Below, one piece after another: positions 27,722-41,091 of a stretch of 64,000 nucleotides of DNA. Source of the DNA: Eledone cirrhosa (lineage: Eukaryota); NCBI GenBank assembly GCA_964016885.1, contig OZ024747.1, positions 20,150,001-20,214,000 on the forward strand. The letters are read 5' to 3'. The notes beneath the pieces were generated by a model. That model worked only from the letters and a program-made list of their open reading frames with translations, did no database searches and was not told the DNA's origin. A program made the translations under genes and the position numbers. The first letter of the stretch is position 1, and each line of letters begins with the position of its first letter.

Positions 27722-28362
27722 AACGAGTAGGACCCCGACGGCTGAGCTCAAGCCGTTTCGACGGCTAATTCTGAACTATATGAACATTTTTATCCTGGTA
27801 CATGAATAGCCGAGCTTCTCAGGGGGTGATTCCATATATGGTAAAAGTGATTGTCACAAGGATTGGTCAAAAGTTTGTTGTTGAGACACACAATTCTATC
27901 ATGGCATTTTGTGGAAGGAAGGGGTAGCTGAACTTGCCCGTAGAAGAAAGAGGGAGAGGGAGTGTAAGAAACCCCGTCATGCGTTGATAGTGCCAACTAC
28001 AGCAGAATCCTAAGGATAAGAGGTCAAGAGAAGCATACTAGGGAGGGGGAGGGGGAGGAAGTCGAAACAATAAGTAAATCAATATGGAGTAAATATATAG
28101 AAGAATAATAAGAATGTTAAAAACATTTAAAAAAAACAAACAATTTCTGGTTACTATTCCCTTACCACAATCATCAAGTCGCTCACTAGTACTGCTAAAC
28201 TACAGAAAAGTTTAATAGGTGGGACGGAATACTAAATACGAGATTGTAGTGAAATAATTTTATGAGTTAGTAGTAATCGTCCAAATCTATCTTACAGTGA
28301 CAGATCAACGAGTACTTTGGTGCGTTATGGTCCATCTGGTTCCTTACCACATTTCCTTCGTT
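27719..28362 (-). mobile_element. Family B PLE 3' end with inverted tail only
   Basis: 27719-27995 is homologous to 37446-37718. 28310-28362 is the family B tail in the opposite orientation. HHR at 27732-27827 on the minus strand has core CTGAGAA. Confidence 0.8.
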
Positions 28363-28381
28363 ATATATATATATATATATA

Positions 28382-29036
28382 ACCTGAGGTATCTTATTTT
28401 TAATGCGATGAAATACCAATGATGGTTGGAAAATCACCGACGAAGGACTATTTTTATCATATGTAAACCATGCGCAAACCACGCAGTATTCTTCTTTCTT
28501 CTCATGTTTTTTATATATATTTACCACGGCTGCGTTTGTCTGTTTCTCTCTTACTGCTTCTCCGCTCTCTCTGTTTCTCTCACCTTCTTTCGCCCCCTCT
28601 GTCAGTTACACTTTCTCTCGACTGACCTCTTCCTCACACTTCCACTCACTCACTCTCTGTTTCTCCCCTTCTCACTTCCTCCCGTTTGGCTTGTGTGGGT
28701 CTCTTCTTGCTCACATCTCACACACATCAACGCGGTCTGTACCTCTCTCGCTCATGAAATCCACCCAGCTTATGCTGACCGGACAACCATGTTGATTGTT
28801 TATTTTCCTATCTTCGGTTTGCTTTTATCCTTATATGTTGTTTACTTGTGCCCCTCGCCTTACGCGAATTCTGGTCCAAATAACTTTTTTTAGTTATTGC
28901 TCGCACCAGCCTGAGGTATCTGATTTTTAATGCGATGAAATACCAATGATGGTTGGAAAATCACTGACGAAGGACTATTTTTATCATATGTAACCCATGT
29001 TCAAACGACGCAGTATTCTTCTTACTTGTCATGTTT

Positions 29037-29041
<5 letters not shown>
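28382..29041 (+). mobile_element. Partial-tandem repeat element in (TA)n, probably a PLE terminal repeat
   Basis: 28382-28512 is repeated at about 28909-29041. Contains a degenerate HHR-like CTGAGGT-atc...gat-GAAA. Confidence 0.55.
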
Positions 29042-29101
<60 letters not shown>

Positions 29102-29427
29102 TTAGAGCTATATTAGCAATTCTTAAAGGAAAATAGAGAATTAAGCCTATAGAATGTAATTGCCAGCTTTAGAGAGAAAGGAATAGCTAAATGCATTTAT
29201 ACATTATATATAAGTTTGAAGAAGGAGAGATATTAAGGTGGAAGAGTGTTTATTTTTTCTCTCAGAATGAGCTGTAACCTGATCGAAATACATCTATATC
29301 TATAGTTGACATAACTATGTGAAACGAATTAGTTAAAAACAGTTTTTTGAATAATTCGAGGTCATATTCGAAAGGATTGTAAGGAAATGAATACGGTTAT
29401 CTGATGAAAGAAGATTAATTTTTCATT

Positions 29428-29555
<128 letters not shown>

Positions 29556-29578
29556 TAGATATATATAGATATATATAC

Positions 29579-29643
<65 letters not shown>

Positions 29644-29818
29644 CAGAGAGAGTGAGAAAGAGAGAGAGAGATAGAGAGAGAGAGAGGTAGAGAGATATAT
29701 AGATAGATAGAGAGGGAGAGAGCGAGAGAGAGAAAAAAGAGAGAGAGAGAGAGAGTAAGGTAATGTATGTATTCGTAGCTTATGACACGAGACTGATTTA
29801 TAAGGCAGCATCAAATAT

Positions 29819-29936
29819 ATTTGTTTCTACTTTAGGCACAAGACCAGCAATTAACCAGTGCATTACTGGTACTTTATTTTATCATCGAGCCCGTAAGGAT
29901 GAAAGGCAACGTCAACCTCGGCGGGATTTGAACTCA
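29819..29936 (-). mobile_element. SINE S1 3' half
   Basis: Reverse complement match to S1. Confidence 0.85.
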
Positions 29937-30622
29937 AATAAAAATGTTTTAAATTTAAGATAAAGTAGAAGATCGAAACCCTATCTCCAAATCTATACAC
30001 ACTCAATTGATGCATAGATACACCACAACTACCCACACGGCCACCTACAGACCAGCATCAAATATATTGACAACTAAACCAAAGTAAACATTTGCACATA
30101 AATAATTTAACCCCCAGTCCAATTCTAATGATGGTTCCGCAATAGGGGGACATCTGCGGATCTAACTAAGCAAACATACACTGTCTCTCTATAAAATAAA
30201 TATAATATTGTTTGCTGAAATAAGGCAACTACTGAAATAAGGCAACTTGAGTTTAACATAAACATATAAACATACACATGCACGCACACAGGCAGACAGA
30301 AAGACACGCACGCATTCACGTACACATATAAATATCTACATATACACACAGACACAGAAGAAAGGCGGTAGATGTAATAGCCAAATTGGTTATCTTCAAT
30401 TGGATATTCGTGCGAACCCTTACCTATGGTCAGCAATCTTGTGTTATGATCGAAAGTTTATGACCATAAATATAAGCGGCCGAAATAGTCTTTGGAGCAA
30501 CGCTACTGGAGATAGTCCCGAACTCAGAGATCAGAGAATTACTCCAGGGAGAGCTGAAACATCTATGATACTATGGGCATGTTATTAGAATGGCTCTGAA
30601 AAGTGGGCAGTTAAAACCAACC

Positions 30623-30743
<121 letters not shown>

Positions 30744-30800
30744 TAATTTATTATCATAACAGATTAAAGTTTAAGCAAAGAATTGCTTATTATTATTATT

Positions 30801-31872
30801 AGGGCGGTGGATTGGCAGTATCGGTAGAGGGTCGGAGGCCATGCTTTGCAGCAAAGAGTTACGGCCCTTTATTGTCTGAGTTCAAATCCCGCCGAGGTTG
30901 ACTTTGCCTTTCATCCTTACGGCGTCGATAAAATATAGTACCAGTAATGCACTGGGCAATTGCTGGCCTTGTGCCTAAAGTAGAAACAATTATTATTATT
31001 ACTATACGGTGGATTGGCAGTATCGGTAGAGTGTCGGACGCCATGCTTTGCAGCAAAGAGTTACGGCCCTTTATGGTCTGAGTTCAAATCCCGCCGAGGT
31101 TAACTTTGTCTTTCATCCTTACGCGTTCGATAAAATATAGTACCAGTAATGCACTGATATAATTGCTGGCCTTGTGCCAAAAGTAGAAATAATTATTACT
31201 ATATATATATACTAACAGATTCACTCACTTCAAATAATAAAATGTAATATTTTTGTTCCTTCTTAAACCACTCTGCATGAATAGTTACATTCTTTGGGTT
31301 GTGGTTAGCTTATCTGATAGAGTTTGTCGTGTGTTTAGGATTTGCAACTCCACATATCGTAACTATCAAATAATAATTGTTTCCACTTTTGGCACAAGGC
31401 CAGCAATTAACCAGGACATTACTGGTACTTTATTTTATCGACCCCGTAAGGATGAAAGCAAAGTTAACCTCGGTGGGATTTGAATTCAGAATGACAAGGG
31501 CCGTAACTCTGTGCGTCAAAGCATGTCGTCTGACCCTCTACCGATACTGCCAATCCACCACCCTTTAACTATCAAATAATAATTGTTTCTACTTTAGGCA
31601 CAAGGCCAGCAATTACCCAGTGCATTACTGGTACTTTATTTTATTGACCCCGTAAGGATGAAAGGCAAAGTCAACCTCGGCGGGATTTGAACTCAGATCG
31701 TAAAGGGACGTAACTATGCTGGAAAGCATGGCGTCCCACCAGAAAGAAACAGCCATTATATAGAAATTCAGCCCTCATATACGCGTATATATGAACTCAG
31801 ACCATAAAGGGCCGTAACTCGTTGCTGCAAAGCATGGCGTCCGACCCTCTACCGATACTGTCAATCCCCAGT

Positions 31873-31921
<49 letters not shown>

Positions 31922-32366
31922 GCGATTCTTTGCTTAAACTTTAATCTGTTTGGATAATAAATTAATATATATCTATACACTTACGGGGTCGATAAAATAA
32001 AGTACCAGTAATGTACTGGGTAATTGCTGGTCTTGTGCCAAAAAGTAGAAACAAATATATATCTATACACGCACACGCTCACAGATATACACCGACACAC
32101 CCACAAACAGACACACGCACACACACATACATACACATATTTATATATATATAAATACATACGTAAATAATATAATTATTTCTACTTTTGGCACAAGGCC
32201 AGCAATTATTCCAGTGTGTTACTGGTACTTTATTTTATCGGCCCCGTAAGGATGAAAGGCAAAGTTAACCTCGGCGGGATTTGAGCTCTGGCCATAAAGG
32301 GCCGTAACTCTATACTACATAGCATAGCATCCGACTCTCTACCGATACTGCCAATTCAAAGCCCTT
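30801..32366. mobile_element. Cluster of seven S1 SINE copies or fragments in both orientations
   Basis: Plus: 30801-30995, 31007-31195, 31981-32055. Minus: 31371-31565, 31577-31740, 31792-31870, 32173-32366. Confidence 0.9.
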
Positions 32367-32874
32367 TTACATACATATATAATCAGAGAGAGAGTCAGCC
32401 AGTCAGTGGGACATAGAATACTCTAGATATATTGAATATAAATATAGTAAAAATAACGGAGCAAAGAACTCGCGTATAATCCTGTAATTAAATGAGCTCA
32501 AAGGAAATAGTTTTCCTGGGCACTTTAAAATACAATATATAGAGGGGAAAGACACAGAAGAGTGTGTTTTTCATTACAGGAATTTCGAACCACCAGCGTG
32601 AGTTACTGCCCCGAGCACGCATTCCTCTTATGTCTACACGGGCGAAGGGTGGTTTATTTTAGTTCTCTCTCTAGTAGTACGGACAATATTGGCCTTCCAC
32701 ATGCTGATGACCTACCGGGCCGTATTGGAACCCACTAAAATGGCGAAACATGCTCCTGGTGAGTGTGTAAATGTGTGATTTGGGTGAGGATGGTTTTTCA
32801 TTTCAATTTATAATTTTAATTTTAATTTTAATGTTTTACCAATGCCTCTAGTAGCTTATATTCTTCTCACACTG

Positions 32875-32906
<32 letters not shown>

Positions 32907-32910
<4 letters not shown>

Positions 32911-33114
32911 GTAGAACACTGGAAGGTAATATCCGTAGTGGTAGAGCACTCAGTCCATGGGACGAGTTAGGTAGAAGTGGTTACACAACAGTTAGTTCAC
33001 CATACCGAGAACAAATTCACCTTAACGGATTCTCAGCATTACGAGCTGAGGATCCGATAAGGTGAAACAATTTGTTCTCGGTATGATGAACTAACTGTTG
33101 TGTAACCACTTCTA
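32907..33114. mobile_element. Minimal fold-back element, HHR family H
   Basis: Arms 32972-33037 and 33045-33114 with a 7-nt loop. Tail 32907-32971. (TA)n flanks. Confidence 0.8.
33042..33080 (+). ncRNA. Minimal type I hammerhead ribozyme (family H)
   Basis: cgag-CTGAGGA-tccgataaggt-GAAA-caatttg-TT-ctcg. Confidence 0.7.
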
Positions 33115-33909
33115 TATAAATATATATATATATATATAGTAATAATAATAAAATTGAAGACTAAAATCCAAAGAGGGCTCGATAAGGAAAATATATATCA
33201 AATATATAAGAACCGTAGAGCAAATATTTATTTTAATATTTTATATAAGGAAGTGGGTGAGGGATTAATTGGCTGATATGTATATATATAGTATATATAT
33301 ACATATCAACCAATTAATCCTTCACCCCCTTCCTTTCCCTCTACATATATATTCTCATAAATGCATTTGTGGTAGTATGGGAGCATGTATGACTCCATAT
33401 ATGCCTATATATTTGTGTTTATATGTCTGTATTTGTGTCTATAAATGTCATAATTATTTTCGTCTATCTGCTCAGGGACAATTATTTTCACTAAGCTTTG
33501 CATTTGTTTTTATTCATCCGGTTTAATTTCATCTGGTCTAACGTCGACCTTGATGGCTAGAGGTGCTTAATGGCAGATGCTGCTTAGTGCCGTTGATTTT
33601 GATGTTTCTTATGATGTCTATGATTTATGATGAGTATCATGTAAATGGTGATGGTGATGAGTAGGAAAAGGATGCAGAGAGGGAAGGTTATCAAATGGTG
33701 GTTGTTATGGTGATGGTAGTAGATAATTATAGTGGCAATGATTCTTCTAATTGGTGATGATGAGGAGTTTATTGTAAATTATGTTGATGATAACGATGTT
33801 GCATGTAAACATAGTATAGGTCTGGTGCTGCTGATGCTTGATATGATGGCGATAATAATTATGATGACGGCGTTGATATTGCTAAATTGAATTTTCTTGA
33901 TGTAATTTT

Positions 33910-33964
33910 TATATGATGATGATGATGATGATGATGATAATGATGATGGTGATGATGATGATAG

Positions 33965-34008
<44 letters not shown>

Positions 34009-34139
34009 GTGATGAAGATGATGGTGATGATGATAATGATGATGATGATGATGATGGTGATGATGATAATGATGATGATGATGGGGATGATGGGGATGAT
34101 GATTATGATGAAGATGATGGCAATGATGATGAAATGATA

Positions 34140-34192
<53 letters not shown>

Positions 34193-34340
34193 GATGATGG
34201 CGATGATGATGAAATGATAATGATGATTATGATGATGATGATGATAATGATGATGATGATGACGATGATGATGAAACGATGGTGATGCTGATGATGATGA
34301 TGAAATGATGGTGATGATGGTGATGATAATGATGGTGGTA

Positions 34341-34389
<49 letters not shown>

Positions 34390-34435
34390 CGATGATAATG
34401 ATAATGATGATTATGATGATGATGATGGTGATGAA

Positions 34436-34497
<62 letters not shown>

Positions 34498-34520
34498 ATG
34501 ATAATGATGATGATCGTGAT
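33910..34520. repeat. (GAT)n microsatellite array
   Basis: Direct reading. Confidence 0.95.
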
Positions 34521-34769
34521 TATGAGGTTGATACTAATTCATGAAATTTATTATGGTGAAGTTGATGATGGTTATGATGACGACAATGCTGACGTGTTTG
34601 GATATGATAATTACGTTGGTGACAACAATTATCGTGAAACAATTATGAATAAACGTCTCTGGAAAGGGTTAACTCTCTATGTAATATATGAATTATAACT
34701 TGAGACTGGAATTTACACTTGTATAGCAAAAAGATGAACTCTAAATCAGTTTAGCAAAAAAATAAAATA

Positions 34770-34970
34770 ATTAATTCTACATTAGGCGCAAGGCCAGCAA
34801 TTTGAAAGGGCAGGGGAATGTCGATTAAATCGACTCCATTTCTGACTGGTGCATTATTTTATTGATCCCGTAAGGATGAAAGGCAAAGCTAACCTCGGCG
34901 GAATTTGGACTCAGAATGTAAAGTGCCATGACACTATGGCGCAAAGCATAGATACTGATACTGCCAATGC
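34770..34970 (-). mobile_element. SINE S1-related copy (longer subfamily)
   Basis: ggcgcaaggccagcaattt...gatcccgtaaggatgaaaggcaaagctaacctcggcggaatttggactcaga. Confidence 0.8.
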
Positions 34971-36110
34971 TGCCTGAATCGATCTAAATTTTACCAATAC
35001 ACCATATTCGATTCTGATTTATTCAAAACACCTTTTACTGCTTTTCAAATCCTGATGACATTTACTGAAATTATATATCGCGAATGTATTGAATTCAAGC
35101 CAGAAAAAAAATTACATCACTGCGAGTTCAAATTACCGCCATAACAAAAATACTGAGTTCATTTATATAAGCAATTCACTACAGTCACAGGAGAAATAAA
35201 CTTCACTATATTAAATATGCTTTTCTATTAACCAAAATTGCTTAACATATTCTGCCCAAGTATGTAACATCGTTAAGTACACTACATATCAAAATAACCC
35301 AGATCAAATTCGAAATTTACATCTGGATATAATTAAGTCACATAACGTGTTGCTTACACTTCCTTTCTTAGCCCCTATTTATTCTAGTGTTATTTAAACT
35401 AACTAGCATTATAACAACCGAATTCAAACTTATTGTTTATAGTATCATCTCTTGGTTTCATCATTTTTACTCTGCCCAACACACAATCAAACTTCCACAA
35501 ATGGAGAATTATTTGCTTCATTATCTATTCGAAAGTATATGTTGACGAACATATCAAACATTTTAGTGGTAACACGATATGTGAGAATTATCAACTAAAT
35601 CTTCCTCAAATCCTATTTCAGCTTTTTATAGAACAAAAGTATCTGAAAATTGACACTAATAAAGAATACGTATGTTTAGCTGCTGGAAAGTCTTTGATCA
35701 TATGTCTGCTCGATCAGATATGATCTAAGGTAGAGCAGCAGCAAAAAACAATAACAGCAATATGTGAATCAGGAAATGAATAATAAACTGCATGAACCCG
35801 TCTACTTTCAAAGACCACATAAAAATGTTCTCGTATTACTTTCATCTAAATAATCACCAAAACAAACCCAAATGAATATCTTAAAGAAGCCGATTTATAA
35901 TAGTATCATGTTTTAAACTATCTTAATACATACCAAGAACCCCAAATAGTGTGCACTGAAAGATATAATAAGCGGAGACAATGTTTAATAATCAACTTAG
36001 TTTAGTATTAATCCCTTAAACACTTTAACTTTGTTAATAAAGGACTTTTTAGCATCTACACCAAAGTTTAGCATCTACACCTAATATATATATATGAGAG
36101 ATATATATAT

Positions 36111-36213
<103 letters not shown>

Positions 36214-36412
36214 GTGTAGATGCTAAACTTTGGTGTAGATGCTAAAAAGGCCTTTATTAACAAAGGTTTGATATCATATTATGTCTAAAGATAAGGGAAC
36301 GGAGAGAGAGAAATAATGTTTTCATAATCGAAGTCCGTTAAAACATCCTTTCTGCCCTTTCTGTTGTCTTTAGATTGAATAGCCTCGGAAACAACTTTAT
36401 TACATAAGATGA

Positions 36413-36489
36413 TGTCTGATGATATCACGTGACTTGTTATATGATTGAACAATCACGTAGGCAGGATCGTCATTGAAATATATATCACA
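36413..36489 (+). ncRNA. Type I hammerhead ribozyme (family M, long stem II)
   Basis: tgt-CTGATGA-tatcacgtgacttgtt...aacaatcacgt...-GAAA-tatata-TC-aca, inside element 36210-36690 flanked by (TA)n. Confidence 0.6.
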
Positions 36490-36685
36490 GTTTTGTTAAT
36501 AAAGTACTTGTCAAACATCTACAGCGAACGTCGCATTTTCCTTATTCTACACATATTCCGTCTCCGATTAACAACTCGTAATTGGAAAAAAATACATGAT
36601 GTTGAGTGCTTAAACCGAATTGCATTATATTCTCTGATGGTAGGTTGCATACGCGACCCCGATTTAGTCAACATGTTTACCTTAC

Positions 36686-36747
<62 letters not shown>

Positions 36748-36831
36748 CAAGCGTTAACCTAATACATTTATTCCATATAATGTACCGATTATGTTGTTAT
36801 TTCTGTTTACCTTTTACACACACACGCGCAT

Positions 36832-36862
<31 letters not shown>

Positions 36863-37348
36863 CATACATACGTACATACATACTACATACATATTAGATA
36901 CATCAAAATACACATTTTACTTAATGTTATTTTCTATTAAAAAACAGTTGCTATATCTAACCAAAGGTAAAAGAGAACGTTGTTTCTTTTTATCTTAAAC
37001 ATTTCGAGGGCATTACTTATTTTAAGATGGTCATGTATAGACAATCCTCTAAAATAGTTATAATAGAATTACTCTTATATAATAATATGAAAAATTCTTT
37101 CGACAACGTTCAAATCTGAAAATAGCAAACGTTATGTATTTACAGAATCTAATATATGTATAAAAATCGAATCTTTGCTTTTGTTATAGTCATCTAAGCC
37201 ATATCTTTATTATTTTGCTGGTGTTAGTCTCGTATCCATATATCCAAAACACCTGCTTCACACAAGATATATATATATATTTTATTGCATTTTACTGCAT
37301 AAGTGTTACTGTTTGTCACTATGTGAATGTGTTACTATGTGTATTTGT

Positions 37349-37449
<101 letters not shown>

Positions 37450-37459
37450 AACAAGTAAG

Positions 37460-37554
37460 ACCCCGACGGCTGAGCTCAAGCCGTTTCGACGGCTAATTCT
37501 GTACTGAATGAAAAATTAATTCTGGTATTTAAATAGCCGAACTTATCAAGGGGT
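37460..37554 (-). ncRNA. Hammerhead ribozyme, U3-A8 core variant (family B, left arm)
   Basis: Minus strand reads acccc-TTGATAA-gttcggcta...tagccgtc-GAAA-cggcttgagctcagccg-TC-ggggt. Confidence 0.75.
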
Positions 37555-37766
37555 GATTCCATATATGGTCAAAGAGATAATCACCAGGATTTGTCACATC
37601 ACAAGTTAGTAGTAAATCTGTGATGGCAAGTTGGTGGGGGAAGGGGTAGCTAAACCTGCCAGTAGGAGAAAAAGGGGAGAGGGGTGGAGTAGACCCATTC
37701 ATGCGTTGGTAGTGCCAGCTGATGTGACCAATCCTGGTGATTATCTCTTTGACCATATATGGAATT

Positions 37767-37861
37767 ACCCCTTGATAAGTTCGGCTATTTAAATACCAGA
37801 ATTAATTTTTCATTCAGTACAGAATTAGCCGTCGAAACGGCTTGAACTCAGCCGTCGGGGT
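37767..37861 (+). ncRNA. Hammerhead ribozyme, U3-A8 core variant (family B, right arm)
   Basis: acccc-TTGATAA-gttcggcta...tagccgtc-GAAA-cggcttgaactcagccg-TC-ggggt, GUC cleavage triplet. Confidence 0.75.
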
Positions 37862-37952
37862 CTTACTTGTTCCTATTACCCACTCTACTACCCTAAGTAT
37901 TGAGTACTTTGGTGCGTTATGATCCACCTGGTTACTTACCACATTTACTTCG

Positions 37953-37992
<40 letters not shown>

Positions 37993-38149
37993 GTTAGTAC
38001 AGCATCAACGAAGCTTTAGTTCGCGGCCAAGTTAACGAATGCAAAGTTGGTATGTAGCTTAAGCACTCGGATGGGAAAAAGTACCCCAGAGTAATAACAA
38101 TACGTTTAGACAGCTTAGCAAATATAGCGATAGGCAGTCCAGCCGTTAT

Positions 38150-38650
38150 AATTGAGATCTGTGTAGAGGTCGGACCTTCGTAAAAACTGAAGATCCGCCT
38201 CTACGTTGCTTAGTGGAGTCTGTGATGCTGTACGGGTCTTAGACTTGGAACCTGGCCAAGAAACTCACTCAGATGGTGGATGGGTGCTACACGAGAATGT
38301 TGAGGATGGCTCTGAACATTAATCAGTATATACCTAGGATGAATAACTCAGAGCTGTATGGGAGCCTCCCAAAAGTCAGCTCAAAAGTGACACAGGGGAG
38401 ACTGAGGTTAGCTGGACATGCTCACCGACATCCAGAGTTGACACTACACTCAGTGCTTCTGTGAGAGCCCCTGCATGGACACACTGGAAGAGTACGACCG
38501 AAGTTAACATATGTTGATGCCCTAAGGACAGACACTGGTCTGTTGGAGACGCAGGACATGGCAGCGATAATGAGGGACAGAGACCACTGGAGAGAACTCA
38601 TCCATGGATCTCGGTAATATTACCCGCCATAGATAGATAGATATATAGAT
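38150..38650 (+). mobile_element. RTE-type LINE 3' fragment
   Basis: DGCYTRMLRMALNI...NSELYGSLPKVS...RLRLAGHAHRHPE followed by a (taga)n tail. Confidence 0.85.
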
Positions 38651-38940
38651 AGATTTAAAGTACTCGACACATTAGTGGAATGTATAAAACAAATTTAATA
38701 TAAAAATGACTACCACAGAACAAGAACTGTTTCAAATCCTGCCCATGTCCACTTTATTTTTCATTCCTTCCGGGTCGATGAAGATGTTATAAATCCAGTG
38801 CAGGGGAAACGCACTCTCCTCCGAGCTGAACCCTATCGGATGTTTCACTGCATCAAATGGCGATGACTGAAAGGGTTTCCCATTTTCTCGCATCTCGACG
38901 AACACCTTAGCGAAAACAAAGTACATGCTAGAGACTGCCG

Positions 38941-39106
<166 letters not shown>

Positions 39107-39159
39107 GTATATAACTAGGGCTCCAGAGACATACACAACCTTACACCCCAAACCCCCCT

Positions 39160-41091
39160 AGATTCTCTCTGAAGGACCATAAGGTGGACTTCATTAGCAA
39201 CCCCTCGATTAGACTAATCTGCCCCTCCAGGTCTGACATTGGCATTATCAGTAAAAAAATTCTAGACAAAATCATCCCACAGATTAAACACAAGATTTAC
39301 CTTAAACAATGGGGAAATACGGGTGAGGTGATTGAATGGTTCAAAAATATCATAGATAACAAGGATAACAAATTTATTCAATTTGATATCAACTCTTACT
39401 ACACCTCTATTTCCCCTATCCTACTAAATAAGGCACTTATAATGGCCATGGACAATAGTGACCTGACTAGACCCCAGATTGATGTCATACTTGCGGCCCG
39501 TAAAACAATAATCACATTTGAAGACCAATTATGGACCCGCAAGGATACGCATAACAACTTCGACATTACTATGGGGTCTAGTGACTCGGCGCAGGTCACT
39601 GATTTAGTTGGCCTATACTTACTTAACCAAATCCACAGGGAACTTCCGTACCTCAGCGGTGGTTTGTATCGCGACGATGCACTTCTACTTATAGACTATA
39701 AAAAATTCAATATAGAAAGGACTAGAAAACTATTGCACAAAACATTCAAAAACTTTAACCTTAGTATTACCATGGACATAAACACCAAAAACGTCAACTT
39801 CCTAGACGCCACACTCTACCTAGACTCAATGATATATGCACCTTTCCACAAACCTAATGAAAAACTCATCTACGTAGATACCAAGTCTAACCACCCTAAA
39901 TCTATATTGAACTCTATCTCTAAGGGAGTATCTAATAGAATCTCTAATCTATCCTATGACATAAACACATTTAACAATAACTCGCAGTATTATAATCAGG
40001 CATTAGCTAGATCAGGCCATAATACAGGGATAGAGTTCCTACCTACAAAAACACATAGCTACAACATCATTTCACACAACATGTCCATGGGAAAATTTAA
40101 TAATAGGAATAGCAACTGCACACACACTAATAGGGATAGTAACAACAAAAGTAACCCGCACCACAGAAATTACCATAGGAACATTAAAGGAAACAAATCA
40201 CCAGACATAAAAAACAGAAATAGAAGAAGAAATAATACATTTTTCAACCCTCCTTTCAATTTAAACGTCTCTACCAACCTACCTAGGGCTTTCTTCTCAC
40301 TACTAGATAAACACTTCCCATCCGGCCACAGGTACCACGGCCTTTTAAACAAAAACACTATTAAGATCTCATACTCTACTACGCCTAACTTAGCATACCA
40401 CATAGCTAGTACAAATAAAAGAAAAATTAATTCTTACTTCCAACAAACTAAATCACAACAGTCGATAAACCTTCAAAATAACATTCAAAATAACAGTCAA
40501 AGTAACATTATAGCAACTAACCGTAATATCAATGGAAATAATAGTAATAGCACTAGTGTAAACATTAACGATGCGTACCACAACCCACATAACCATAACC
40601 CTATAGCTAACATCCAAACTTCTACCCAGCATAGTAACCGGCAGACTAGCACCCAGAGTAATTGTAACTGTAGATCATGTAGAACCTGCCCTTTAGATAA
40701 AAAATGCTTAACCAAGGATATCATATACTGATGTACAGTCACAACTAACAACTCTTCTGAAACCTATATAGGCTCTACTTCTAACTGCTTCAAAACTAGA
40801 TACAATTCGCACCTCCACTCTTTCAAAAAACACAGTCTGGCCAACTCCACTTCACTATCCAGATACATACACTATCTAAAAACTAAAAATAAAATATATA
40901 CACTTAAATGGGAAGTGGTAGGTAGTGCAACATCGTACAAACCACCTAATAAATTTTGTAACCTCTGTCTACTAGAGACCCATACTATCATCTTCTCTAA
41001 ATATAATCTTCTTAATAAAAAATCAGAAGTGTTCGCAACTTGCCAACACCGCTTCCGACACTCGTTCCAAAACTTTAAACCCTATATATAA
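39160..41091 (+). pseudogene. PLE reverse transcriptase + GIY-YIG endonuclease, one in-frame TGA at 40729-40731
   Basis: LKDHK..RLICP, FIQFDINSYYTSI, TMGS, GLYRDD, NFLD, SNHP, linker CNCRSCRTCPLDKKC, then IIY*C...TYIGST..FKTRYNSH...CNLCLLE...CQH, ending at TAA 41089-41091. N-terminus missing. Confidence 0.9.

Noticed and set aside
32700-32760. HHR-like CTGATGA...GAAAcatg
   Set aside because: No U after stem III and no convincing stem I. May be a decayed copy.
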